A stretch of 64,000 nt of DNA from the human T2T-CHM13v2.0 reference genome, Homo sapiens: assembly GCF_009914755.1 (NCBI RefSeq), contig NC_060931.1; one strand, 5' to 3'. Every line of letters starts with the position of its first letter. Within the stretch, counting starts at the first letter, position 1. A model generated the notes under the pieces. It had not been told where the DNA came from and did not search any database. It was given only the letters and a program-made list of their open reading frames with translations. This document shows positions 27,075 through 41,345 of this stretch, piece after piece. The position numbers were made by a program, and so were the translations under genes.

Positions 27075-27614
27075 GCCAGATTGAGATTTTCTAACCATAC
27101 AATGTGTTAAGAAAAGGGAGGAAGAAAAAAACAACAAAAGAACCAGAAGGCCATACCTTTTGGACAAGTAGGACAGCGAGAAGGGAGGTCTTCTCTAGGT
27201 CTGTCTCATCTCCGCTGTCTGTGGGCGGAAGAGGGTGGGGAACAAAGAGACCCCACGTGAACAGAGCTTGGTGGGAGGGGCGCTGCGGAGCTAAGTGGTC
27301 AGCACAGCTGCAGGAGGAGTGGAAACCCCTTGCTCTCTTTCACACTGAGTCAGAGCACACTGGGTCAAGCTTGCTCTTACCCTCTATTCCTTGACTGATT
27401 AACATCTCCAGAAGAAGAAAATCCAACCCACCTATGGGAGCCCTTGCAGATGCCTCATTTCTCTTGCATTCAGGCAGTGAGATACCTTGGCCATTTGCTT
27501 TCTGACCTACCTTCTTCTTACTATAATTGAAGTCTAATTTCTCTCTTTCACTCTTAGTGAGTTGTTACCTAGCAGGGGCTCTTAGCAGAGAAGCAAAGGT
27601 GGGACCTGCAGGCA

Positions 27615-27710
27615 AGCCCTGTATCCAGCTTTACCACGTGCTAGTTATATGCCTGTGATAAGCTTTTAACCTCTCTGAGCTTCAGTTTTCTTATCTGTAA
27701 ATGGGGGTTT
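27615..27710 (+). mobile_element. MIR core fragment
   Basis: ttaacctctctgagcttcagttttcttatctgtaaatggg. Confidence 0.7.
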
Positions 27711-30094
27711 CATTGATGTGTTTCTTTATTTCCACAAGTTCTGAAAGCACGTAAGGTGGCTCTTCAGGATAAAGATTTAAAGCACAGTAAAATCGAATGA
27801 ATAAGAGGGGCGGGAGAACTGAGAGAGAACAAATCTGGGGACAGAGCACAGGGGCAGGAGAAACAAAATGTGGAGAGAACCGCCTGCTATCTGTTTGCTA
27901 TGTGGGTTGAAAATTTTTGAATACTTGTAAACTGGAAAGTTGAGTCAACAATGCAAGGAATTGCTCCTAATATTTTCAGATGCTGTAACTCCATTTCACA
28001 AGTAGTTATGGAGGTACCTGTACGTGGGCTGAGGGGACATGGAGATGGGGACAGGGTCTCTGCTCTTCAAATGCTGCTAACAGCCTGGAATAGGCACCTG
28101 AGGGAGGGCACAAAAAATTCTAAAGCAAACTGTGGGGAGTATGTTATGCACAGCGTGAGGCCCGAAGCAGAAGACCACTGTGTATGGTTGGGCCGGGGGC
28201 TGTACTTTGGTCCTGGATGTTAAAAACTACTGTGTGTGCTCGTCAACCCCAGCTTCTGTTTTGTTTAGGTTTATATAAATTGTGGCAACCTTTTGTTGCC
28301 TGACTGCATTCTGATTTTCTCATGCCTTCAGCAGGACTGCCAGGGAAGTAGCCCTCACATCCCTTACTAAAAATGGAAACTCCTGCTCACCAGCCAAGGA
28401 CAAGAGTGCTGTGTGGCCAACATTTACCTTGCAATTGTTACTAGATCTCCCATATAGATATAGCACTTCTTCAGAAGCACAGGGCAACAGTTACCTTTCA
28501 TTTCCACACAGGGGCCTCTCAGGATGCTACAGTAGATCGGTTCAGCCTTGACTCCATCTGATGCCCAATGTCCCTACAGGAAACAGCCTTCTGGATTTCA
28601 CAAGCCATGCACTGGGCTCCTCTGTTCTAGAACCTCCCTCTAGTGTGCTCATAGGACCTAGTTTATTCATGGCAGTAACCAGAGCGCCATTTACTTTATG
28701 TAAAGGATTTTAGCTGGTGAAGAAATGAGCCCCAGCCCTTAGGCGAGGATTAGACCCAGCCTCAGCAACCAATAAGATGGCAACCACCAGCCATTTTAGC
28801 TACAAATTACTGTTAAGAGTTTACTATGAGGATGATTCCTTCAAGCAGGCCCTATTAAAAAAATAATCACCATCTGCTAGACTCCCTTCTTTATTAAACT
28901 GGTCATTAATTACTGGTAACAACTAATTTTGTCTGGATTTTATTGAGTAATTATAAAATAAACAGGGAGGAGCTCAAGCTTCCTGCCTTGCTGAAGGCAG
29001 GAATTCTTTATAATGCTATGTTTCAAAAGGGGGCTGTAATAAATCACCAAATTCCATTTAATATGGTAATTATAATTTGCAAAATTCATCCTTCCTGTGG
29101 TTAACGAGTGCCTTCTTTCAGCTTAGCTCAGCCTGACTTCATCTTGGGTCATTAAATAGCAAACTAGTCTTTACTCACTGGTAACAATAGATCTTTCATG
29201 GGTTATTGCCTAATTAATCAAGGTGCATAATTTGATCGCTAGCACTTTTTAAAAAGTGTTATATTCCAGGTATCATATAACAATATGGTATTGCTGTAGA
29301 GTAATTAAAAATGAAGCAAGTTTTAATGTTTTGATTAGAACAGGTTTATTATCCTGAATAAGGTGAAGTGCAAAGTTTCACTGATGTTCTTCAACTACAA
29401 CATTTAGGTTGAAACATTTGAAACAAGCCATTAATTTAACAACATGCTCATCCAAAACAAATCATAACTCATTTCTTTTTACTGCAAAAGTAATTGAGTA
29501 ATGAATAATGAAAATCATCCCACTGAAAAGGGCAGTAAATATATTGACTTTATTATTAATACTCCATTTTGGTTAATAAGGCAGCTATTAAATTTGAAAC
29601 ATGATGGACCTGATTTATTGACTTATTCAAGGTAACAGTGAAATACTATCCAGTAAATACTGGGGTTCTTACAAGAGAAGATTTGATTCTGAAAAATTAA
29701 GTAGAATTCAACTGAAATTTCAGTTCATATTTAGAATGATTTGACCTTAAATCTCTTATCCCTGTACTTTGCTTGTTCCTTCAAAGAATTTAAATTGTGT
29801 GTGTGCACAGGGGTGGGTATGGGAGGCCTCAGAAGGCCTTACACCATGCACTCTAAACCCTAGTGAGCTGGAATTCTCTGGTGAAGTCAGTAGTGGCTTG
29901 ATCATTCTTAGACTCTCTCCAAAAGGAGTTCATAATAAAATACCACAAGGACATTAGTTACACCTAAAGGATTAGTTGCAGCCTAAGTCTCAAACCCAAC
30001 ATTTCAGTGATGGTTCAGGGAAAAGAAAAAAAAAAAATGTAAAAGGGATCAGTGGAATTTTTTTTCTCCTTCAAATAGGATTATTTATACTAAT

Positions 30095-30861
<767 letters not shown>

Positions 30862-31149
30862 CCTTAAACTACAGGCTCTTACTATGCATTCACCCATGTA
30901 TTATATTTGCTTATCCACAATTTGGGGACATTTCAAGTGCTTGTCAAACATTTTCTTATTTATCTGCATATTTCAGAGAAGGGCTTCATTTCATTAAGTG
31001 GCATTAGGTAACATCCTGAGTTTGCTTTCCATGGAGGCACAGTCTTCTCTAAAGGCAATGAGGACCTGTTCCAGCGTGCCTCTCCTCACTCTCAACTCTG
31101 GCGTATTTCTCCTCAGGTTTCACTGGCTAGAACTATATCACAATATTGT

Positions 31150-31300
31150 TTACATCAATCACTGGCATGAGGAACCAACTGCTTCCATTAGCTTAGACCA
31201 CAGTTCTGACTCAGTAGGTCTAGGGTGGCAACTAATAATCTGCATGTCTAACAAGTTCCCAGGTGATCCTGATGCTGTTGGTTTGAGAACCACGGAGTTT
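31150..31300. mobile_element. MER5A-like
   Basis: ctgactcagtaggtctagggtgg...ctgcatgtctaacaagttcccaggtgatcctgatgctg. Confidence 0.75.
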
Positions 31301-31632
31301 AGACAATTTAAGATTTACCACCTGAACACACTTATGGCCCTTCCAGCAAATGAGAACAGGAGGGAGAGTTTTAGGTGGAAACAGGCAATGGAGCTCTTCT
31401 ACATGGTCTTTGCAGACTTTTGATGTTTGCTGAGACACTGGTCAGGGTACCTGCGAGTGGGGAAAAGTACTGCAAAGAAGGCTAGCAACATGTATACCAG
31501 TATTCAGAAGCCAAGCAAGCTATTTTAAGATCCCTGGAAGGTAAGCTGGAGATTTTCATGCTATGACAAGTTTGCATAGACCGTTTTATTTACTCTAAGC
31601 ATTGTATTCTGGCTAAAGATTACACAGAAAGA

Positions 31633-31979
31633 TGTGGCAGTCACTGATGCTCTTTCCCACATATTTCTGACTCTCCACTTTTGGGCCACATGATGGTACT
31701 GCACTTCTTTGTTCCCCTTGAGGTTACATACGGGCAGATGACTTGATTTAGAGAATGCACAAGCGATGATGAACTACAGTGGCACTTCCTGCTATAGTGA
31801 TTACAGAATGTGGGTTGAGATAAAGCTTCTATCAGACTAGGTTCCTGAGTGAAGGAGCAGGGCCTCTCTAATGAACCATGGTGGACACGCAGAGTAAGCA
31901 AAAAATAAACTCCTGTTGTGTTAAGTCACTGAAATTTGGGGATTTGTTACTGCAGTATAATCAAACCCATCCTAATACA
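31633..31979 (+). mobile_element. MaLR solo LTR (MLT1-type)
   Basis: TG...CA ends; aaataaactcctgttgtgttaagtcactgaaatttggggatttgttactgcag...ctaataca. Confidence 0.8.
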
Positions 31980-32891
31980 AAGGATGTAAAACTTTTATAC
32001 TGCACTTTAATTATTCGTTTTTTTCCTTTAAGCTCAAATGCCCCTTTAAAAAAAATCCTGATTACCCTTCAAGCTCTGGCTTGAGTTACATCTTCATCAT
32101 CACTCCAGCCAACATTTATCTCTTTGTGTGAACAACAATTGCAACTCTAAGAAAAATCACGAGGTTTAGCACTTATTTTATAATTGCCCATATATATTAG
32201 TATCACCTCACTGACTATATCAGAGACTTAGGAGGGCAGAGTTCATGTTGTAGGCATCTTTGTACCATCTTGAGCAAAGGAGGAAAATGAGTAGTTTTTA
32301 GATAAAATCTAGCTGGAGAATGGATGTCAATATTTTCTAGTATTTCAACTTTTCCATGTGTTATTTGCACACAGTCAGGCAGTTATTGAGCACATATTGC
32401 TGCAGAGTTATACAGAAAATTTGAGAGCAGAGTTGCAAGTAGCCACGTGCTTGCTTCATTAACTGTGCTTGTGGCAATTTTTACCACCTATGCAAATTTC
32501 CATTTCTCTGAACAATCTGACTATACATGTCCTGTTCACTCCCTCTTTCCAAAATGAATTAAGGAGAAGAGAAAACAGTGGTGATAAGAGAAAAAAAAAA
32601 TCAGCTAGTGAGATTTAAAACAAAATTTGGTGAGCTTATACTAAATTGCTGCTTAAATATGGGAAATGACATTGATTGTTGAAAAGAAATACAGCCTAAG
32701 TTTCATTAACACCAATAACCTAAACATGGGACTTTGTGATGTTATCTGGCCTAGTCCTTTGTCTTCAGATTTGTGCTTTCAAGCATGCAAAGTATCATGG
32801 TTCTTAAAAGTTAAGAGGCTGACTGAAGGTCCCTTGCTTACTAAGTGATGAAGGTAGCACTGAAACACAGGTCCTAGTAATGGGCAACTTT

Positions 32892-33075
32892 AAATACTCA
32901 ACACCTGTGGGTAGACTATCTTGTTAGCATGAAATGTAAAATTATATTTTGAAGAATTACAATTTTTGAGCTCTTAGGAGAGGAAATGCTCAACATAGGT
33001 GTGTAGACTATCTCATTAGCATGAAATGTAAAATGATATTTTGAAGAATTATGATTTTTGAGCTCTTAGGAGAGA
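32892..33075. repeat. 92-bp x2 diverged tandem duplication
   Basis: gtagactatc at 32911 and 33003; units align end to end. Confidence 0.95.
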
Positions 33076-35514
33076 AAAATATTTTGAACCTGGCCCCCCA
33101 TTGTGAATAGAAACTAAAATGGGAAAATTTGGAGAAATAAACCAATAAGGAATAAAGATCATAAGTCATTCATGCTAAAACCTGTGATGAGAGTTAAAGA
33201 AAAGTCATTTAATTTTTCAAAGGTAAACGGAAAATGCAAGCATGTCTACAATGCCTTAAAGCTCAGTAGCTGCTTATCTTGTCAAAAATGTAACTATCAG
33301 AGCTGGATAACACAGAACAAGCATGAGGATGCATTTTACGATGATAAGGTAGCAACAGGAAATAACATATTTATAATCAATACAATAGTGCCAAATTTGC
33401 TTGGGTGAAGTCATACAAAAGAGGGGTGACTTATGGTTACAAAAGGAAGGAGCAAGCTCAGTTTTGTGCTATTTGACTACAGGAGTGCTCTGGAACGCCA
33501 AGGAAGATTGGACCAGCAGTCCAATTCTACCCACACCATTTATTAAATAATTAATACGTAATCATTTCAAAAAGTACTAGCTGGGAACTGGCTCTAAATC
33601 TAAATATCACTAATGACAATGTATGTAGAGGCAAATTCAATCCTGGTTTCCAAACAACTTTACAATCAACAACTTGTGGAGTTTACTCTGTGTGCAAGTT
33701 GTATTACTGCTTGCACCTTGGAATCCTCCTTCATTGCTACCCTTAGAATCCAAGCTAAAGGGACTCTCTTACAGGAGTGAATGCCTTAAGGGAAGTGCCT
33801 TTGGTGTTTGAGGAACCAAAAGCTCCTGGCCCTGACCCAAAACTAATCCACATTATTGTAAGGTACATCCAATATTAAAGGCACTATGGTGATGTTTTAG
33901 TACAGTGAGTCCTTAGCGTTCCTTAAAACTTCAGCTTCATTTGGCAACTGATGCCTCTTGGGGAGCAAAATTACTTACATCATTAAAACTTCATCAAGTC
34001 ATAATTTTATTATAATTGTTAACATAAATAACTGCAGTAAATAAGTACAGAGTGATCGATTTGTTCTTGATATCTCAAGGGAGTCTTTATTTAGCTTTGA
34101 TATATAAAATCAGGACATTATTTATTTGCATTACAAACTGCATATCAACTATTCACTTGGGCATGTTTTAATTGGTTTTAGGTTTTGCACATTCCATAAC
34201 TGAACTGTGTAAGCAGGTTGGCTTCAAAAATAAGGTCTCATGTAACAGCTAAGTCTATATGACGATGTGTCATATGGCGTGTCAAACATTTTTCTGCTTT
34301 CCTCTGCTTCCCATCCTGACATCAGAAAAAACTTTGTTCTAGTGAAATAGAAAATAAATTCTGCTAAGATGGGATAAAAGGGGAGCATGTGAATAAGACC
34401 CTCTTCTTTCCTGGCCAGCAGCAAGTGCCTCCAGCTGTCTGATCTGCCTCAGTAGCCCAGCACAAATTTTTTAGTTGACTAATGCTCCCCACTTCCGCCG
34501 ACAACAGAGTAAGATATCACCTGCTAAGATAAATTACCATAATATAATGATTGAAGGGAAAATATATGGTGTAATAGAGAGGTCTAAATACCCGTAAGTG
34601 GAAAAAAGCATAAACGACCATTTTAATTAATTTCCTAATGTAAAACACAGCTGTAGTAATGTTGGCAAGTCTCACCTGCCCGTTTTAAATTTGTGACATG
34701 AAATCATGCCACTTAATTAAGTCTTAATGCACAAAAATATATTTTATTTACTTTTTATGGAATACCAGCATTTAAAGCTTTCTATTTATGTGTGTAAGCG
34801 CTTTATAAATTACTTGAAATACTGAAAAAATCTGACTACTACTAACCGGCAGTTACAAGTACCAGTTTTAGTTTCAATAATTAAATGCCTTTTTGGTGGA
34901 CTCCTGCTGCTATGTGAACTAGCTGTAGGCTATTAAAGTAATGAGTCCGGACAGAGTCATCTGATCTCATGGTTGGTGGAAAACTCAAGGAAAAGGGCTT
35001 TGCCCACAATTCCTAGTCTGTTTACCAGACTGCAACCAGACTGCCTGCTGGAAGCATTATAAAGCCTCTGGGCTTCCCCTTCCCCCTTCCAGCAAGTATC
35101 TTTTTTTTTTTTTTTCCTTTTTACAAGTGTTGTCTAGGAAAATATGGTATTATAGAGCCCTCTGCAGGCCAGAAGTTTTGTAGTGTAGCTTACCAGCATG
35201 ATTTTTCTTAAAGTGGCAGTAAGAGAGGGGAAAAGCATAATTGTCAAAACTTCGTAAATCAGATCTCATTAAGAAATATGTTTGTCATAAGGGCAGACTG
35301 GCATCGATTCTTCCAGAAGACTCACTGAAAAAGAGCATCTCTGTTAACTTGTTTAAGGGATGTTGCCTTGATAGCAAAATTTTGGAGGGCCCCTGGTAAC
35401 TTCATAATGGGTTGCAGTGTTAGGGATTATAACATCTTCATCATCATCGTAATTCTTAAAATAATCCATGAAAAATACAGGGCTCTGAACTGTTCACTTA
35501 AAAATGCAATTTCT

Positions 35515-35640
35515 GGCCAGGCATGGTGGCTCAAGCCTGCAATCCCAGTGCTTTGGGAGTCCGAGGTGGTAGGACTGCTCGAGACCAGGAGTTCAAGATC
35601 AGCCATGTAGTGAGATCCTGTCTCTACAAAAATAGAAAAG
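35515..35640 (+). mobile_element. FLAM/AluJ left monomer
   Basis: ggccaggcatggtggctcaagcctg...caggagttcaagatcagcc...ctacaaaaa. Confidence 0.88.
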
Positions 35641-35950
35641 TATTTTTTTAAAAAAAGAATTTATATCACACCTGGGCTTTAGAAGCCTAGGTATAAGGAA
35701 GAAGAAATTAGAAGTCAGTTATACGAACTCTATGATTTCCTCAGCCAAGTTTTCATTCGAATGAATGAAGTGTATGCCTAGAAAAATTCAGTGAATTTCT
35801 TAAGTGTTTTAGGGAACTTAGTATAAATTTTTACAGGGCATTTTATATTGTGTTTTAAACTTTTTGGATGAAATGGATATAAATCATTACAGAAAGAAAT
35901 ACATAAAGATAAAAATGAGGAAGTGCATTGAAGACAAACAGAACAAATAA

Positions 35951-36313
<363 letters not shown>

Positions 36314-37860
36314 TTATAAAATATTCTTAAAGTCAGCAAAATAACCAAATAACTTAAAGTCAGCAAAATAACTTTTAATAGGAAAATTTTTCCTAATATT
36401 TTCAAGTCAGCAAAAGTACTAACAGCTTTTAATAATGGGTTTTTTTTTTGCATAATAGTCAAGAGAGTATTAATTTAAAAGAGGAAGCATTTGACCAAAA
36501 TATTTCCTTTTATTGAGTTTAATCTGTGCCAGGTAACTCATAAACCTCCTGGAGCACCCAGAGATACATGCTTCTAACAACTCACAGAGGTGCCAGAGCC
36601 GTCTCCTCAAAGTTCCTCACCCTGGCAGTAAAACATTATGATCAACATTCGCCTAGAAGCCAGGATAAGTGGAAGAAATGGGAAGTGATATGATGATGAA
36701 AAGAATCAGATATTGCATATGTTAAAATTTCCTTCCACAGCATTTTAATCATTTAACAGGGTCTCTTTAAGGACCCGAAGGGAGTTATGAGGAGGCCGTG
36801 GTCTGGAGGCAAGAACCCAGGCTGTGGTTGTTGGCGGCAGTCTCCAGATGAGCCTCAGCAGCTCCCTGGGGACTCTGGTGACATTCTAAGACCATGCCTT
36901 CTGTGGTTGTTTAGCATAACTGACTGCTGCTTTTCCCAAGGACAGCCATTTGGTGTTGGAGGTTTTTCTAGTCTTCTCTACTCAGTGGTATAGACAAGAC
37001 CAGCATGTCCTTAGGGTAATGTCTGCAAGGGTTTGGGTTCCAGTAAAATGACTCTTCCAAACGAAAACCCGAAATCAAAACGTCGAGTTTCCAGATTTGT
37101 TGAATTCAGAAACAAGTGCTCTCGGCATGAACTGTCAACAGCCAAAGTTAAAACAGGCCAGCTGGTGGCTCCTGTGGGATCGTCTCCACACACTCTATCC
37201 CAACTTTGCAGAGTTGAATGTCAGACATTATTCTATCAGGCCTGGAATCCGCTGCCAGACTCAGCCTCCTTCATCCGGCTTATCTCCTACTGGGAGGCTG
37301 TGGCTGACTGGATGGAACTGCACACTTCCCAGCAGATGTTGGGCTGCCAACGGATGGGAGCATGGCTGGGCTGGCGCCGCCAACATTTACAGTCATTCCT
37401 CTTGCTCCATTCCCCCTGCAGCCCCCCAGCCCTGTCCCACCAACGCCTGCTTGCAGACTTGGCACACTAGGAGAGGACAGGTGATGAGGATTAGGCCAAA
37501 CGTATTTGCATATCGTCAGCACAGGGAAGGAAATTAACACCACAGTGACATGATTTAGTGGCTAACCTTAAACCTGAGAAAGGCCTGAACCAATTTTTGA
37601 GCACTATGAGACTGAGGGAGATGTAAAATGCAACCCATCTGGCAGGGATGGGCTTGTCCAGGGTTAATGGAAGAAACAGAAATGAATTAGTTTGAGTATG
37701 AAGTGTTGTTTAACGTTCACTCACAAATTATGAGTGGGCCTTATACTTGGGCACAAGAAATGCCACCTTTACTGTATTCTTGTGGGATGGGGACGGGGAC
37801 TGAAAATGGTGGGACAGTTTTCATGATCATTTTCTCCTCTGGCAGCTGTATCACAATCTT

Positions 37861-38140
37861 TTGAGACCGAGTCTTGCTCTGTCGCCCAGGCTGGAGTGCA
37901 GTGGCGCCATCTCGGCTCACTACAAACTCTGTCTCCCTTGTTCAAGCAATTCTCTGCTTCAGCCTCCCGAGCAGCTGGAATTACAGGCGCCCGCCACCAT
38001 GCCCGGCTGATTTTTGTATTTTTAGTAGAGATGGTGTTTCACCATCTTGGCCAGGCTGCTCTTGAACTCCTGACCTCATGATCCACCCGCCTCGGCCTCC
38101 TAAAGTGCTGCGATTACAGGCGTGAGCCAGTGTGCCCAGC
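37861..38140 (-). mobile_element. Alu (S-type) with almost no poly(A) tail
   Basis: Reverse dimer; TSD TCACAATCTT at 37851 and 38141. Confidence 0.95.
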
Positions 38141-38699
38141 TCACAATCTTAATAGGCCCTTAAGGACAATGTTGACCATTTGTCTGCAGCCAAATTCAGA
38201 AATGCTCTGACAATTAGGTATTTCAGAAACTGAACATTTCATACAATTTTTGTTCACTATAATAAGAGCATAAAAACTTTTCACAATCTCTCACAAAGTT
38301 AAGTGAAAGAGAAAATGAATTAGTACCCATGAAGTATATTTTCATTTTTCTAAAGCTGCTTCTCATGGGAAAGTCAGAAAAGGGGCTGATTTTTTAAAAT
38401 GATTATTTAGACAACTGAGTCATTCTGTAATTTGAAGCCAGCAAGAAGGCAGCTAATGCTATTTCAATTTGCTGTCATATGAAGGTACCTAGAAAAATGA
38501 ATGCCATTAAAACTTTCTTCTCATTTTTATGAATCCAGTAAGGTAATGTGTGCATTCTCTGGGCAAATCCGCATAAAGCTGCTTTAATTTGTTTTCTGCT
38601 AAGACAATGGTGAGTTAGTTTCTCTGTAAGTAAGCACAAGTCTAGCATCCCTTGGAACACAACATGACATCCATCGTGAACACAGTGCTTTACCAACAC

Positions 38700-39550
38700 A
38701 CAGTGACTGACTACAATCTAGCTAAAGACAAATGCCAGACATATATTTTTAAAAATAGGGTTATTCCCTTTAATGCTGCCATCTTAGGAGGATATATGTA
38801 CTTACTCTACTGCACTGCCATTTTATTACTCAAAAACATTTTGGACTTCCTATTGAAAACACCTTTGGAAAATACCTGGACTTCTATGGAAGATCACTAA
38901 GGGTGGTAACTATCACTGAGGAGCCAAAGGCCATTTGTAGTCAAGTTTGGAGAATAATGTAGGTAATTCAGCTCCCAGAACCCCTTAAAGTAAAAACCAC
39001 ACAGCAAAAACTTACCCAAAACAAATAAGGTGAAGCTAAATAGAATCTCAGCCTTTCATGAGATTTGAAATTATCTTTGAAGGCCATGCCAAAAAAGCAG
39101 CTGAAAACATATTTTGAGCAATGGTAGAGTCATTGAAACAGGTCAGGTAAACATCCCCCAGTGTGGTACTTTTTAAAAAGACAACATTCATTTATTTTAT
39201 TTCTCTAGAGACAGGGTCTCGTCCTGTTGCCCAGGCTGGAGTGCAGTGGCAGTCATAGCTCATTGCAGCCTCTAACTCTTGGGCTCAAGTGATTCTCCCA
39301 CCTCGTCCTCACAAGTAGCTGGGACTACAGGCATGGGTCACCGTGCCTCACTCATTTTATTTTTAATTTTTTTCTAGATACAGGCTCTTGCTATGTTGCC
39401 CAGCCTGGTCTCGAACTCCCAGCGTCAAGGGATCCTCTCGCCTCAGCCTCCCAAAGTGCTGGAATTACAGGCATGAGCCATGTGCCCAGCCCAAGGCCAA
39501 TATTCATTTGGATGTTGTGTATTATGTGTCTTTTGCAGAGTAAGCAAAAC
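38700..39550. mobile_element. MARNA-like mariner relic interrupted by an Alu
   Basis: aaacatattttgagcaatggtag...ggtacttt...gacaacattcattt [Alu] ggatgt resembles the MARNA end. Confidence 0.55.
39193..39491 (-). mobile_element. AluJ
   Basis: Reverse dimer; TSD CAA(C/T)ATTCATTT. Confidence 0.92.
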
Positions 39551-41104
39551 ACCCATCGGAGGAGTTCTTAAAAATCATGGCAGCCCCTCCTACAACTAGG
39601 AATCTATTGAGGTCACCTGGATGCAGATCACATTTCTTCTGGGAAGCCACTTGAATGATACCTCCGTAGTTACAAAGAAAGGTGTACTAAAAACCTTAGA
39701 AACCTCACCATGGCTAGCCTGGAGAGTCCCCTGTGGTATGCAGAGCTGAATACTTGGAAGGAAGTGAACCACTCTGCATGAATGATAAGGGAGTCCCCAA
39801 AGGGGAGTGATGTTATCATTAGGGCAGGCAGAGTGTGGACAGGCTCAAGACAGACAGGACATCTTAAGGACAGGCTCAAGATGGAGAGGAAGGCTGGTTT
39901 GGGAAGAGTATATGATGAGTTAGAAACTCCTTTGTAACCATCTTCCTGGACACAGTACTTGGGTTTGGGGAAATCTTGGCTGAGAGTACAATTATGAAAC
40001 AAAGCTGTGAAGAGAGGCCCACATAAGGATCTACCATGGTGTGAGCCATAAATGGACCTGCAAACCCCCCAAATAGCAGCTAATCCTTGGAACTGGCAGG
40101 ACATACCTTCAACAGCAACACTGTACAAGGGAGATGGTGAAAAAGAGCCATTCAGGTCCTGGCTCGCACTTTTTCCTTAACATCTATAAAGTAAGACTGA
40201 CCTTTTTGACTCTGAGCAAACCACTGGGTTCTTGGGTAATTTGTGCATGTCAAGAAGACATCAGACTTTCTTCTAAGAACATACAGGTGCTCTACTAATT
40301 GGAAAAAGTCACCATATCAGCACTCTAGCCTATTTTGTCATCTCTCATTCATTGCCTTCAACGTATGAACACACTCCACAAATATTTGTCAATACAAATG
40401 TTGTGTGAATCTCACAACAAAGTCAGTGATGTAGACAAAAAGAATACTACAAGACTCATTTTACAGACAAGGACACTGAGGAATGGAGGCACTGAATGGC
40501 TGACAGACAGCACTTCTTTTGAACGAGGAGTTCAAGAATCCTCTCAGGCTGGGGCTCTTCCCAGTTCCTTCCATGTTGGGGATTGGAGGTATGGCAGAGT
40601 CCAAATGTAGTGGCAGGAGGCAACAAAGAGGTAAGGTTTCTAGAAGCAGGTATGTATTGACAGCATTGATATCATGACAACAGCAGCCTGGCCCTCTTCT
40701 TTAGGGGATTAGACCACATCACTGTAGATTCTCAGGGGACAGAACATCTCCCCGGGAGTTCTTCATTTGTATGGACAGACATACTCCTCCCTTCCATCTT
40801 CATGGTGTTGCCAGGGGCAAAAGAATGGGGTGAATTTTTTCTGCAAACTGATTCTGTTATCTTCTAGAAGTTGAGGAACAGGGAGAAGGGAGTAACTGAG
40901 TAGCCGAGGATGCACAGGAGATCCAGGAGCTGCTCTGTCTCCCCCTTCAGAGTTTCCCAGGATTCCCAGAGGCAGTGGCTCCAGCACTCTCGTGCTCAGC
41001 TGGGAGTCCCCTGTGGAGCCCCCATCCCAATTTCTTCCCTGCACTTCTATTTATAATATTTACTAAAGAAATGAACAAATAAACTCTCACTATTGGGAAG
41101 GTCA

Positions 41105-41345
41105 CTTAGGAACATTAAGAGGATGGGCTGCGAAACCTTTCTGCTGTGATTTGAATCCCAGCTTGATCATCTACTCTCTGTGACAATGGACAAGTTTCTC
41201 AACATCTCTGTGCCTTAGTATCTTCATCTGTAAAATGAGGATAATAGTATCTTCCTTATAGTGTTGTTGTATGCATTAAATCATATAATAACTATAAAGT
41301 ACTTATAGTTGTGTCTGGTATATAGTATTTAACAAGTAGTGAGAT
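41105..41345 (+). mobile_element. MIR
   Basis: ttgaatcccagct...caagtt...tctctgtgcctt...tcatctgtaaaatgaggataatagta. Confidence 0.8.

Noticed and set aside
37033-37543. Overlapping 145/146-aa ORFs
   Set aside because: Non-ATG starts, no recognisable domain or splice structure, antisense to the host gene.
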